Translations under genes and position numbers: made by a program | DNA from: Nannocystis bainbridge | GTDB lineage: Bacteria; Myxococcota_A; Polyangia; Nannocystales; Nannocystaceae | Reading direction: 5' to 3' | Assembly (NCBI RefSeq): GCF_028368995.1 | Contig: NZ_JAQNDL010000003.1 | Span: 2,656,001 to 2,720,000 of the forward strand | DNA length: 64,000 nucleotides | The notes under the pieces: model-generated | The model's input: only the letters and a program-made list of their open reading frames with translations | What the model was told of the DNA's origin: nothing | The model's database searches: none | Shown here: positions 44,653 to 54,565 of the stretch, piece by piece | Layout of the letters: the number at the start of each line of letters is the position of its first letter | How positions within the stretch are numbered: position 1 is the stretch's first letter

Positions 44653-47600
44653 ATGACGAACTTCGACGCCCCACCCATCGACGCAGCATGGACCGGCGGC
44701 TTTTCACCCTACCCCGACGCCGAGGGGCTCGCGGCCCTGCTGGCGCACCAGGTCCGCGCCCGGCCTGACGCGCTGGCCGTGGACGCCGGCGAGGAGCGGC
44801 TGACGTACGCCGAACTCGACCGGCGCGCGAGCCAGATGGCGCACGGCCTCCAGGCCGCGGGCGTCGGCGTGGAGACGCCCGTCGGGGTCTTCATGAGTCC
44901 TCGCATCGAACAGATCGTCGCCCAGGTCGCGATCTGCATGGTGGGCGCCACATATGTCCCGCTCGACCCCGATTACCCACACGAGCGCCTGGAGTTCATG
45001 ATCGCCGACGCCGGGGTCGAACTGGTCCTCACCGACCGACGTCACTTCGGACTCGCGCTGGGCGGCCGGCGCGAGCTGTGCGTCGACCGCGAGCGCCCGC
45101 AATTCGAAAGCAACCCGACCCGCTTCTCCGGTATTCAGGGCGGACCCGACAGCCGCACCCACATCCTCTACACCTCCGGCTCGACCGGCAAACCCAAGGG
45201 TATCGAGATCGTCACGCGGGCGATCAGCCGCCTCGTGCTGGCCACCGATTACGTGCAGATCGAGCCGAGCGACCGGGTCGCGCAGATCGCCAATTTCTCG
45301 TTCGACGCCGCCATCTTCGAGGTCTGGGGCGCGCTGCTCAACGGGGCGGCGCTGGTCCTGATCCCGCGCCGCCGGGTCCTCGATCCGCACGAGTTCCGCG
45401 CCGAGCTGGCGAGCCGCGGCGTCACCGTGATGTTCCTGACCACCGCGCTGTTCAACCTGGTCGCCGGCGTCTGCCCCGACGCGTTCGGATCGCTGCGCTA
45501 CTTGCTGGTCGGCGGCGAGAAGGCCAACGCCGAGGCGTTCCGCGCGGTGCTGCAGGCCGGGCCACCGCTCCATCTGCAGAACATCTACGGCCCGACCGAG
45601 AGCACCACCTTCGCCGTCGCCTGCGAGCTGGACCATGAGCGCGCCGCCGGCATCAACGTGCCGATCGGTCGCCCCATCCGCAACACCCTGGTCTTCATCC
45701 TCGACGCGGCGCAGCGGCCAGTCGGCATCGGCGAGGTGGGCGAGCTCTACATCGGCGGTCACGGCCTCGCCCGCGGATACCTCCATCGCCCCGAGCTCAC
45801 CGCCGAGCGCTTCGTGATGGTGGCAGGATTGACCGGCGAGGGCGCGATTCGCCTGTATCGCACCGGCGACCAGGTCCGCTGGCGCCCCGACGGGCTGATC
45901 GAGTTCGTCGGCCGCACCGATTTTCAGGTCAAGATCCGCGGTCATCGCATCGAGCTCGAGGAGATCGAGGCGGCGCTGGTGGCCAGCGGAATGGTCGCCG
46001 ACGCGGCCATCACGGTGCACGAGAGCCCGAGCGGCGAAAAATCGCTGGTCGCCCACGTGATCCCGCGCGACCGCGCGGCCTTCCGCGTCGCGCTGCTGCA
46101 AGAGCACCTGCAGACCAAGCTGCCGCGCTTTATGGTCCCCGCCCGCTTCGTCGAGCTCGACGCCATGCCGCTCAACGCCAACGGCAAGGTCGACCGCAAG
46201 GCGCTCGCCGCCGGCCAGGCCCACTCGGGGGTGTTCAGCCTCAACGCCATGCTCGCGACCACCCAAGATCCGCTGACCGGCGAGCTGGCGGCGATATGGG
46301 CCGACCTCCTCGGCGTCCCGCTGGTCCTGCCGGAGGACGATTTCTTCCGCCTCGGCGGCAGCTCGCTGCTGGCCGCGCGCCTGGTGCTGCGGGTGCGCGA
46401 CGTCTATCGCGTGCGCTTCCCGGTCTACGCGCTGTACGAGGCCGGCACGCTGCGCGAGTTCGCGGCCCAGCTGCGACGAGCGCTGCGCGGCGAGACGATC
46501 CGCAGCGCCACGACGGCAGGGCCGGAGACGTGGCGGGCGGACGCGCAGCTGCCCGCCGATCTGCGCGCGCAGATCGTCCAGGCGGCCGCGCTGCCGCGCC
46601 CGGCGGCCGACGCCTGGCGCTCGGGCCAGGTGCTGCTGACCGGCGCGACCGGGTTCCTCGGCGCGTTTCTGCTGCGCGACCTGCTGCTACACACCGGGGC
46701 GCGCGTGCACTGCCTGGTGCGCGCCGCCGACGCGACCGAAGGGCTGGCCCGCGTGCGCCAGGCGCTGGCCAAGTACGGCCTGTGGCAGGCCTCGTTCGCC
46801 GCGCGCATCGAAGCCGTGCCCGGCGACCTGGCCCTGCCGCGCCTCGGCCTCGACGAGGCCGGCTTCGCCGCGCTCGCGGCCGACGTCGACGCCGTCTTCC
46901 ACAGCGGCGCCCAGGTCAACTACGTCCAGCCGTACGCGGCCCACCGCACCACCAATGTCGGCGGCACCCACGAGGTGCTGCGGCTGTGCGCCACCGGCAA
47001 GCTCAAGCCGCTGCACCACGTCTCGACGATCGCGGTGTTCGGCCCGAGCGGGTTCTTCGGCGGCAAGCGGGTGGTGCACGAGCACGACCCGATCGACGAC
47101 CACGTCGAGTACCTGGTGCTCGACATCGGCTACTCGGCCAGCAAGTGGGTGGCGGAGAAGTCGGTGTGGTATGCGGGCGCGCTCGGGCTGCCGGTCACGG
47201 TCTATCGCCCCGGCTTCATCATGGGCGACAGCCGCAGCGGGGCCGGCAACGCCGACGATTTTGTCGGCCGCTGGGTCCGCGGCGCGGTCCAGGTCGGCGG
47301 CTTCCCGGAGCTGCCGCGGCAGCGCAAGGAGTTCGTGCCGGTCGATTTCGTGAGCCGGGCGATCCTCCACGTCGCCGGCGCGCCGGACAACGTCGGCCGC
47401 GCCTACCACCTGGTCCCGCCCGACCTGCGTCAGTCGCCCGACCTCGAGCAGTTCTTCGCCATGATCCGCGAGTTCGGCTACCCGCTGGCGCAGTGGGCCT
47501 ACGGCGAATGGGTCGACCGCGTCATCCAGGACTCGCGCGGGCGCGACAACCCGCTGTGCTCGCTGCTGCCGATGCTGTTCGAGCGGGTCTATCGCGACGA

Positions 47601-47802
47601 GCTGACCCGCTGGGAGCTCTACGAGGACATGCCGGCCTACGACACCAGCCACACCGACGCGGCGCTGGCCGGCAGCGGCGTCCGCTTCGTCGCCATGGAC
47701 CGGGCCCTGGTCGCCCGCTACCTGCGCTACTGGATCGCCAGCAGCCAGCTCCCGCCCGTGCCCGCCGAAGCGCCCGAGGAGCAGCGCAAGGCGGGGCCTT
47801 GA
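44653..47802 (+). CDS. Monomodular NRPS-like A-T-R (adenylation-thiolation-terminal reductase) synthetase
   Basis: GGAGGA RBS; YTSGSTGKPKG, FDAAIFE, YGPTE, YRTGD and NGKVDR; PCP motif FFRLGGSSL; reductase motifs TGATGFLG and YSASK. Confidence 0.93.
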   Translation: MTNFDAPPIDAAWTGGFSPYPDAEGLAALLAHQVRARPDALAVDAGEERLTYAELDRRASQMAHGLQAAGVGVETPVGVFMSPRIEQIVAQVAICMVGATYVPLDPDYPHERLEFMIADAGVELVLTDRRHFGLALGGRRELCVDRERPQFESNPTRFSGIQGGPDSRTHILYTSGSTGKPKGIEIVTRAISRLVLATDYVQIEPSDRVAQIANFSFDAAIFEVWGALLNGAALVLIPRRRVLDPHEFRAELASRGVTVMFLTTALFNLVAGVCPDAFGSLRYLLVGGEKANAEAFRAVLQAGPPLHLQNIYGPTESTTFAVACELDHERAAGINVPIGRPIRNTLVFILDAAQRPVGIGEVGELYIGGHGLARGYLHRPELTAERFVMVAGLTGEGAIRLYRTGDQVRWRPDGLIEFVGRTDFQVKIRGHRIELEEIEAALVASGMVADAAITVHESPSGEKSLVAHVIPRDRAAFRVALLQEHLQTKLPRFMVPARFVELDAMPLNANGKVDRKALAAGQAHSGVFSLNAMLATTQDPLTGELAAIWADLLGVPLVLPEDDFFRLGGSSLLAARLVLRVRDVYRVRFPVYALYEAGTLREFAAQLRRALRGETIRSATTAGPETWRADAQLPADLRAQIVQAAALPRPAADAWRSGQVLLTGATGFLGAFLLRDLLLHTGARVHCLVRAADATEGLARVRQALAKYGLWQASFAARIEAVPGDLALPRLGLDEAGFAALAADVDAVFHSGAQVNYVQPYAAHRTTNVGGTHEVLRLCATGKLKPLHHVSTIAVFGPSGFFGGKRVVHEHDPIDDHVEYLVLDIGYSASKWVAEKSVWYAGALGLPVTVYRPGFIMGDSRSGAGNADDFVGRWVRGAVQVGGFPELPRQRKEFVPVDFVSRAILHVAGAPDNVGRAYHLVPPDLRQSPDLEQFFAMIREFGYPLAQWAYGEWVDRVIQDSRGRDNPLCSLLPMLFERVYRDELTRWELYEDMPAYDTSHTDAALAGSGVRFVAMDRALVARYLRYWIASSQLPPVPAEAPEEQRKAGP

Positions 47803-47809
47803 TCAAAAC

Positions 47810-47857
47810 TGTCCAGGAGGACATGCCCAATCGGACATGCCCTCCAGGACATGTCTC
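47810..47857. repeat. Phased 3 x 14-bp array between convergent genes
   Basis: TGTCCAGGAGGACA|TGCCCAATCGGACA|TGCCCTCCAGGACA|TGTCTC. Confidence 0.85.
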
Positions 47858-48915
47858 TACAAAATACCTGCCCGATCGACCAGGCGCCAGGCGATGCGCT
47901 CGCCGGCGCGCAGCGGCACCAGCTCGTCCCGGCCGAACGGATAGCTGGCCGGGACGTCCCAGGCCGCCCGCTCGAGGCGTACGGTCTCGGTGTTGACCGG
48001 CAGGTCGTAGAACCGCGGGCCGAACCGGCTGGCGAAGCCCTCGAGCCGCGCCAGCGCCCCCGCGCGCTCGAACGCCTCGGCGTACAGCTCGATCGCCGCG
48101 TGGGCGGTGAACATCCCGGCGCAGCCGCACGCGCTCTCCTTGGCCCCGCGCGGGTGCGGGGCGCTGTCGGTGCCGAGGAAGAATTTGGCCTCGCCGCTGG
48201 TGGCGGCCGCGAGCAGCGCCTCGCGGTGGAGCTCGCGCTTCAGCACCGGCAGGCAGTAGTAGTGCGGGCAGATGCCGCCGGTGAACATGGCGTTGCGGCT
48301 GTACAGCAGGTGATGCGCGGTGATCGTGGCGGCCACCTTCGGGCCGGCGGCGCGGACGAAGGCGACGGCGTCGCGGGTGGTGATGTGCTCGACGACCACG
48401 CGCAGGTCGGGCAGGCGCTCGAGCAGCGGCGCCAGGTGGCGCTCCAGGAACACCGCCTCGCGGTCGAACACGTCGACGCCCGGATCGGTGACCTCGCCGT
48501 GGACCAGCAGCGGCAGCCCGAGCGCCTGCATGGCCTCGAGCACCGGCAGCACCCGCGCCAGATCGGTCACGCCCGACTGCGAATTGGTGGTCGCGCCGGC
48601 CGGGTAAAGCTTGACCCCGTGCACGAACCCGCAGTCGCGCGCGCGGGCGATCTCCTCCGGCGCCGTCGCGTCGGTCAGGTACAGCGTCATCAGCGGCGTG
48701 AACCGCCCCGCCAGCGCCGTCGGCACGGCCGCGACGATGCGCGCGCGATAGGCCGCCGCCTCCTCGACCCGCGTGACCGGCGGCTTCAGGTTGGGCATCA
48801 CGATCGCCCGCGCGAACTGCCGCGCGGTGTGGGCCACCGCGTCGGCCAGCACGACGCCGTCGCGCAGGTGGAGGTGCCAGTCGTCGGGGCGTACGAGCTC
48901 GAGCGCGTCGGTCAC
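47857..48915 (-). CDS. pyrC: Dihydroorotase (type II, homodimeric)
   Basis: [44 protein letters not shown] and GTDSAPH. Confidence 0.96.
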   Translation of the reverse strand: MTDALELVRPDDWHLHLRDGVVLADAVAHTARQFARAIVMPNLKPPVTRVEEAAAYRARIVAAVPTALAGRFTPLMTLYLTDATAPEEIARARDCGFVHGVKLYPAGATTNSQSGVTDLARVLPVLEAMQALGLPLLVHGEVTDPGVDVFDREAVFLERHLAPLLERLPDLRVVVEHITTRDAVAFVRAAGPKVAATITAHHLLYSRNAMFTGGICPHYYCLPVLKRELHREALLAAATSGEAKFFLGTDSAPHPRGAKESACGCAGMFTAHAAIELYAEAFERAGALARLEGFASRFGPRFYDLPVNTETVRLERAAWDVPASYPFGRDELVPLRAGERIAWRLVDRAGIL

Positions 48916-48956
48916 GGCGCCCCCATAACACGCGCCCGGGCCGCGCGCCCGCGGAT

Positions 48957-51497
48957 TCACGCCCGCAGCGTCGCCAGCTCGCGCTCGCCCGCCGACAGCA
49001 GGATCGCCACCTCCTGCAGGCCCGCCGCGTGCTCCGCTCGCGGCGCCAGCCGCTCCGACAGCTCGATGAACGCGCGCCGGTTCTGCTGCAGCCCCAGCGG
49101 CGAGCCCTTGTCGCGGTTGAACACCACCGAGTCGCGCAGCAGCGTCACCGCCTCGGCGTCGCGCCCGAGCAGCGCCAGCACCTGCGACAGCGCCTCCGTC
49201 GTCTGCCCCAGGCCGGTCAGGTCGCCGAGCTGGGTCTGCACCTCGGCCGCCGCGTCGAACCGCTGCTTGGCCGCCATCGTCCGCCCCGCGCGCAGCTCGA
49301 GCCGGCCCATCGTCTCCCACACCCGCCCGAGCTCGCGGACCTCGCCGAGGTCGCGATAGAACCGCTCGGCCGCGCGCGCGTGCTCGAGCCCCATCTCGAA
49401 GCCCTCCGCCTCGCGACCGACGCGCAGCTGGGCGTGCAGCGGCAGGCGAGCGAACAGGTGCTCGGTCTCGGCGAGCTCGCGCAGCGCCACCGGGTCGGTG
49501 TGCACGTGCGGGTCGAACACCTTGCGCGACTGCCGGAGCAATTGCAGCGCGCGGCCCGGGTCGCCCATGCGCACCAGCACCGCCGCCTGATCGTTGAGCA
49601 GGCAGGCCGCCCCGATCGCGTCCCCCGCGGCTTGCAGCATGCTCGCGGCCGCGGCCAGCTCGGTCAGCGCCCGCTCGAGCGAGCGCGGGTCGCCGAGGTC
49701 GAAGCACACGCCGGCGATCGCCTGCGCCAGGTCGGCCGCCAGCTCGACCGGCGCGCCCTCCTCGAGCTCGGCCCGCGCCGACTCGAGGGTCGCCTGCGCC
49801 TGCGTCAGCGTGAACCCGAACTCGTAGCCCGCCGCTTGCCACTGCAGCCGCCCGAGCTCGATCAGCGCCTGCACCCGCAGCAGCCGCCGCGACGCGCTCA
49901 CCGGCAGCGTCGCCAGCAGCGCCAGCGCGCTCCCGGCGTGCTGCGCCGCCGCCTGCGGCGCACCCATCTCCGCCGCCTTGCGCGCCGCCTCGCACAGGTG
50001 CTGCGCCGCCGCGTCGAACTCGCCCGCCAGCCGCATGTGCTCGGCCGCCCGCGCCTCGTCGACCAGCGGGTCCTCGAGCCGCGTCGGCACCACCCGCGAC
50101 GGCGCGCCCCAGCCGGCCGGGCCCGCGTCTTCCTCGGCCGGCGGAGCCGCGAAGATCGTCTTGCGCCGCGCCGGCGACCAGCCCGCCGGGCGCGCCTCGA
50201 CCTGCTCGCCTGGACCTGTCCCTTGCGACACCTTGACGTTCGGCCCCAGCGCGCTGGCCCCCAGCGCGAGCGGCACCGGCCCGGACCGCTCGCCCTTGGC
50301 CGGCACCCGCCACGCCGGCGCGCCGCTCGCCCCGGAATCACCTGTCCCATCGGCCAGCTTGTCTCCGCCCTGGCCCGCCTCGTCACCTGTCCCTTCGGAC
50401 ACATCAAGACTCTCGCCGGCGATCAGAGCGTCGGCCCGCGGGGACGTCTCGATGCCACCTGTCCCTGCGGACATATCCTGACTCTGCTCGGCGACCGCCG
50501 CCATCTCGCTGGCGACCTGCGCCGCCAGCCCGGTGTCGTCGACGAGGTCGACCACCTCGGCCGAGAGGTCGATGATCTCGGCCACGTGGGCGGCGCTGGG
50601 GATCTTGCCGCGCGACTTGACGCGCGGCACGGGCGGCCGCGGCGGGCCCGCGACCTCTTCGCCGGCACGCGCGCCCAGCAGCCGTCCGAGCTTGCGGTGC
50701 CACGCCTGCGCGAGCGACGGCATCAGCGACTTCGACAACGCCGTCAGCGCCGAGGTCGGCAGCGAGAACCGACCCTCGCCGCGGTCCTCGAGCGGCAACC
50801 CGAGGTCGGTCGCCTGCTGCAGCAGCTCGAGCACCACCAGCGGCTCGAGCGACAGTAGGTCGGCCACGATCCGCGTCTCGAAGCCCGGCCCGATCAACGC
50901 GCCCGCCCGCAGCACCCGCAGCACCTCCGGCGGCAGCGTACGCCACGCGATCGCCTGCGCCTCGCCGCTCGGCGGCTCCTCCCCGCGCACCACCCCGGCA
51001 GCGTCGCGCGTCCGCACCGCCAGCAACAGCTCGGCCGCCGCGTCCTTCGGCTCGCCGTGGAACACCAGCACCAGCGGCAGCTGCAACCAGCCCTGCCGCT
51101 TCACGATCTGGGTCAGCGCCGCCAGCGTCGCCTCGTCGGCCTGCTCGACCGCGTCGAACACCACGACCCATTGCGAACCTGTCTGTTGGGCCAGGTGATT
51201 CCACAGCTCGACCAGCACCGCCTCGGTGGCCCGCTCGGGCGCCTCGCCGAACAGGGTCCGCCGGCGCAGCGACTTCGCACGATCGGGCGGCTTGGGCCGC
51301 GCCTCGCCGAGGATCGCCTCGGTCAGCCGGCGCGCCTCGAGCAGCGGCCGCAGGGCCGCCGGGGCCACCTCGCAGCTGACCCGCAGCAGCTGCAGCGCGG
51401 GCGGTGGATCGGGCAACCGCCCGCGCACCGCCGTCGCCAGCCGCTCACGCACTCGCTGCCACAGTCGCCCGGGGTCGCGCTCGTCGATTTGGGTCAT
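48957..51497 (-). CDS. TPR protein with a degenerate STAND/AAA-like N-terminus and a long low-complexity linker
   Basis: [15 protein letters not shown] resembles the Walker B region of LuxR/adenylate-cyclase ATPases, but no P-loop is visible; TPR-like helical C-terminus. Confidence 0.7.
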   Translation of the reverse strand: MTQIDERDPGRLWQRVRERLATAVRGRLPDPPPALQLLRVSCEVAPAALRPLLEARRLTEAILGEARPKPPDRAKSLRRRTLFGEAPERATEAVLVELWNHLAQQTGSQWVVVFDAVEQADEATLAALTQIVKRQGWLQLPLVLVFHGEPKDAAAELLLAVRTRDAAGVVRGEEPPSGEAQAIAWRTLPPEVLRVLRAGALIGPGFETRIVADLLSLEPLVVLELLQQATDLGLPLEDRGEGRFSLPTSALTALSKSLMPSLAQAWHRKLGRLLGARAGEEVAGPPRPPVPRVKSRGKIPSAAHVAEIIDLSAEVVDLVDDTGLAAQVASEMAAVAEQSQDMSAGTGGIETSPRADALIAGESLDVSEGTGDEAGQGGDKLADGTGDSGASGAPAWRVPAKGERSGPVPLALGASALGPNVKVSQGTGPGEQVEARPAGWSPARRKTIFAAPPAEEDAGPAGWGAPSRVVPTRLEDPLVDEARAAEHMRLAGEFDAAAQHLCEAARKAAEMGAPQAAAQHAGSALALLATLPVSASRRLLRVQALIELGRLQWQAAGYEFGFTLTQAQATLESARAELEEGAPVELAADLAQAIAGVCFDLGDPRSLERALTELAAAASMLQAAGDAIGAACLLNDQAAVLVRMGDPGRALQLLRQSRKVFDPHVHTDPVALRELAETEHLFARLPLHAQLRVGREAEGFEMGLEHARAAERFYRDLGEVRELGRVWETMGRLELRAGRTMAAKQRFDAAAEVQTQLGDLTGLGQTTEALSQVLALLGRDAEAVTLLRDSVVFNRDKGSPLGLQQNRRAFIELSERLAPRAEHAAGLQEVAILLSAGERELATLRA

Positions 51498-51590
51498 GCG
51501 AGCCCGAGCTTACCGGAGCCGCGCGCCCGCGTCGCGTGGCCTGGCGACCTCGCGCGGATGCGACCTGTCCCTCGGGACATCTCTCGGGCT

Positions 51591-53312
51591 TCACCAGCCG
51601 TCCGCGACCGCACCGACGCCGGGCCCGAGCCCCGTCACGGTCAGATCGGCGGCCGTCACCGGCCCGCCCGGCGTCGCCGTCGGCGCCACGAACAGCAGCG
51701 GCAAGGCCCCCGCGCCGTGCGACGACGCCGCCAGCCCGACGTGCGTCAGCGGCTCGGCGAAGCAATGCTCGGCGATCGCCGTCCAGGTCGCCCCGTCGCT
51801 CGAGCCGAGCCCGCGCACGCAGGTCGCGTCGAGGGTCCGCTCGAGCCGCACGAACGCCGGCGACTCGCCCGTCAGCCCGGCCACGCCCGCGAACTCGAGC
51901 GCCTGCGTGGACGCGCCGGCCACCTCGCGCAGCTGCACGCGCAGCGGGTGATCGTCGGCGGGCCGGCAGATCGCCAGGTACGCCGCGTCGGCCTCCAGCC
52001 CCGCGCGGGCCGCCAGACACGCCTTGGCCCACGGCTCGACGTGGCTGTTGGGCGCGGCGATCGCCGCCGTCCACGCGACATCTCCTTCACCCACTTCGGC
52101 CCACGCCAGCAGCCCCTCGTCGCTGCTGTCCCACAGGTCGCCCGAGTCGACCGTCACCGCCACGATCGCCGCCGACTCGCGCTCCGGCGCCTCGCACGCG
52201 TCGATGCAGGTGAACGGCCAGCCCTGCGGCCCCGCGGTGTTCGCCCACGGATCTTCGTCGACGTTGATCTGATTGGTGGCGATGTGATGCACCCCCGCCT
52301 GCTCGGACTCCTCCCACGCACCCTCGTCGTCGGCCACCCACACGCGGCTGACCAGCCCGGCCGCGCGCACCGCCGCGGCCAGCTCCACGTCGCCGAGCGC
52401 CAGGTTGAACACGATCGCCTCCGCGTGCTCGCCCAGGTCTCGCCCGTCGCTCAGCCCGGGCGCGACGAAGGCCGCGCGCGCCCCCGCGTCGGCGCCGACG
52501 TAGCTCGCCAGCGGCCCTGACGGATCGTCGAGGTCGCCGCCGGTCAACATCGCGATCACCCGCCCGCGCCAGCTCTCGAGCCGCGGCCAGGCGCAGCCGC
52601 GTCGGGTCACCGCGTCCTGCAGCGTGGTCGCGCCGGGGCAGTCCGCGAGCAGCTCGGCCGGCCGCACCAGCGCCGCGCCGAAGGCCGCGTCCAGCAGCGC
52701 GTCGAGGTCGCCCGGCTGATGCCCGCCGCCGAACCCGTCCTTCAGATCGATCCACAGCGTCACCACCTCGTGCTCGGGCACCGCGCGAGCGAACGCCGCC
52801 ACCTGCCCCAGACACTGCGACAGGCTGCGGCAGTGCGTGTCGTCGTCGACGATGTCGGTGTGATACACGAACCAATCGCCGGCCAGCGCCGACTCGAACG
52901 CCTTGCCGGTGTGAATATCGAGCTCGAGCGAGCGGATCCGGTGATACACGAATTGGTCGAACAGCGCCTCGTGCCGCTGAAACGCGTTGTGCGCTGATTT
53001 CTGCCGCACCTCGTGATAGCGTGGGCCGCTCGCCTCGGCGCCCGTGGTCCCGTCCGTCGATTCACCGCTGCTCGTCGCCGGCTCCGTGGTCGTCACGGTC
53101 GAGCTCGTCGAGGTCGTCACGGTCGAGCTCGTCGAGGTCGACGACGAGGTCGAAGTCGTCGTCGTCGTGCCCGGCGCCTCCCCGCTCGTCGGTACCTCGC
53201 TGCCGGTCGTCGTGCTCGTCGCGGTCCCGGTCCCGGCCTCGCTCGCGGTCCCACCCGACGCGCCTCCGCAGGCCGCAAACACGACGAAGAGGGTCCGCGA
53301 GAGACGGTGCAT
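51591..53312 (-). CDS. PI-PLC-like (X-domain) phosphodiesterase lipoprotein with a C-terminal beta-sandwich
   Basis: FAAC lipobox, Thr-rich linker, KSAHNAF, RSLELDIH, VYH, WIDLKD, WP.L...RGR and IATN. Confidence 0.78.
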   Translation of the reverse strand: MHRLSRTLFVVFAACGGASGGTASEAGTGTATSTTTGSEVPTSGEAPGTTTTTSTSSSTSTSSTVTTSTSSTVTTTEPATSSGESTDGTTGAEASGPRYHEVRQKSAHNAFQRHEALFDQFVYHRIRSLELDIHTGKAFESALAGDWFVYHTDIVDDDTHCRSLSQCLGQVAAFARAVPEHEVVTLWIDLKDGFGGGHQPGDLDALLDAAFGAALVRPAELLADCPGATTLQDAVTRRGCAWPRLESWRGRVIAMLTGGDLDDPSGPLASYVGADAGARAAFVAPGLSDGRDLGEHAEAIVFNLALGDVELAAAVRAAGLVSRVWVADDEGAWEESEQAGVHHIATNQINVDEDPWANTAGPQGWPFTCIDACEAPERESAAIVAVTVDSGDLWDSSDEGLLAWAEVGEGDVAWTAAIAAPNSHVEPWAKACLAARAGLEADAAYLAICRPADDHPLRVQLREVAGASTQALEFAGVAGLTGESPAFVRLERTLDATCVRGLGSSDGATWTAIAEHCFAEPLTHVGLAASSHGAGALPLLFVAPTATPGGPVTAADLTVTGLGPGVGAVADGW

Positions 53313-53620
53313 GGCACGAGCTGACCGCCACCCGGCCGCCGCTGTCAAGCCGACCTGTCTCCGGGGACATCTCGGGTCCCGCGCGGCCCTGGGAGCCCCG
53401 CAGGGGGCTTCTGCGAGGTTTGCGCGGTCCGCCTTTTCGCGCCAGCGGGCTCACCGCCCGACCCCTGTTCGCGACCTTTCTCCGCGCTGAGCCTGCTCTC
53501 GCCTCTCGCCGCTCGTGGCCCGCGCGTGCCCACGATCGTCGGCGTATCCCCCCGCGGGGGAGCACCCACGCACGGGCCGGGCGGCTTGACAGCGCGGCCT
53601 CGCGCGCTACCAGTCCAGGC

Positions 53621-54565
53621 ATGCCGGCCAGAGCAATTTGGGAAGGAACCATCGGTTTTGGTCTCGTTCAGATCCCCGTCGGGCTGTACTCCGCCGAGAC
53701 CCGGGACGAGCTCGACTTCGACATGCTCGATCGGCGCGACATGTCGCCCGTCGGTTATCAGCGGTACAACCGCGAGACCGGCGAGCCCGTCGAATGGGAC
53801 GACATCGTCAAGGGTTATGCCATCAAGAAGGGCGAGTACGTGATCGTCGAGCCCGAGGACTTCAAGCGCGCCAGCGTCAAGGCGACCCAGACCGTCGACA
53901 TCGTCCAGTTCGCCGACGCCGAGGCCATCGATCCGACCTTCTTCGAGAAGCCCTACGTGCTCGTGCCCGGCAAGCGCGGCGCCAAGCCGTACGTGCTGCT
54001 GCGCGAGGCCCTGCGCAAGGCCGGCAAGGTCGGCATCGCCCGCGTCGTCATCCGCACCCGCGAGAGCCTCGCCGCGGTGATGGTCAAGGGCGACGCCCTC
54101 GTGCTCGAGCTGCTGCGCTACGCCCACGAGCTCAACAAGATCGACGATTTCGACCTGCCCAAGGGCAAGGACGCGCCCAAGATCTCCGCGCCCGAGCTCA
54201 AGATGGCCGAGCGGCTCATCGACGAGATGACCGCCGAGTTCAAGCCCGAGGAGTTCAAGGACACCTACCGCGACGACCTGCTGGCCTTCATCAAGAAGAA
54301 GGCCAAGGGCGAGGAGATCGAGGAGGTCGACGTCGAGGCCGAGGCGCCGGCGACCAATGTGGTCGACATGATGGCGCTGCTGAAGAAGAGCCTCACGCGC
54401 GGCGGCAAGGCCCCTGCGGCCGAGACCGACAAGCAGAAGAACAAGCCCCGGCGTAGCGCGGCGCGCAACGAGAAGCCGGCGGCCAAGGCCAAGAAGGCGA
54501 CCGCCACCAACCGCAAGAAGAAGCCGGCCAAGCGCGCCAAGACGACCCGGCGAAAGGCGGCCTGA
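53621..54565 (+). CDS. ku: NHEJ Ku protein with a basic C-terminal tail
   Basis: RAIWEG.I.FGLV.IPV, IVKGY, Y.LLREAL and NVVDMM.LLK.SL motifs. Confidence 0.96.
   Translation: MPARAIWEGTIGFGLVQIPVGLYSAETRDELDFDMLDRRDMSPVGYQRYNRETGEPVEWDDIVKGYAIKKGEYVIVEPEDFKRASVKATQTVDIVQFADAEAIDPTFFEKPYVLVPGKRGAKPYVLLREALRKAGKVGIARVVIRTRESLAAVMVKGDALVLELLRYAHELNKIDDFDLPKGKDAPKISAPELKMAERLIDEMTAEFKPEEFKDTYRDDLLAFIKKKAKGEEIEEVDVEAEAPATNVVDMMALLKKSLTRGGKAPAAETDKQKNKPRRSAARNEKPAAKAKKATATNRKKKPAKRAKTTRRKAA

Noticed and set aside
44653-47802. Myxochelin-type or Lys2-type reductase
   Set aside because: There is no condensation domain and no DHB genes, and the specificity code is hydrophobic (Ile-type).
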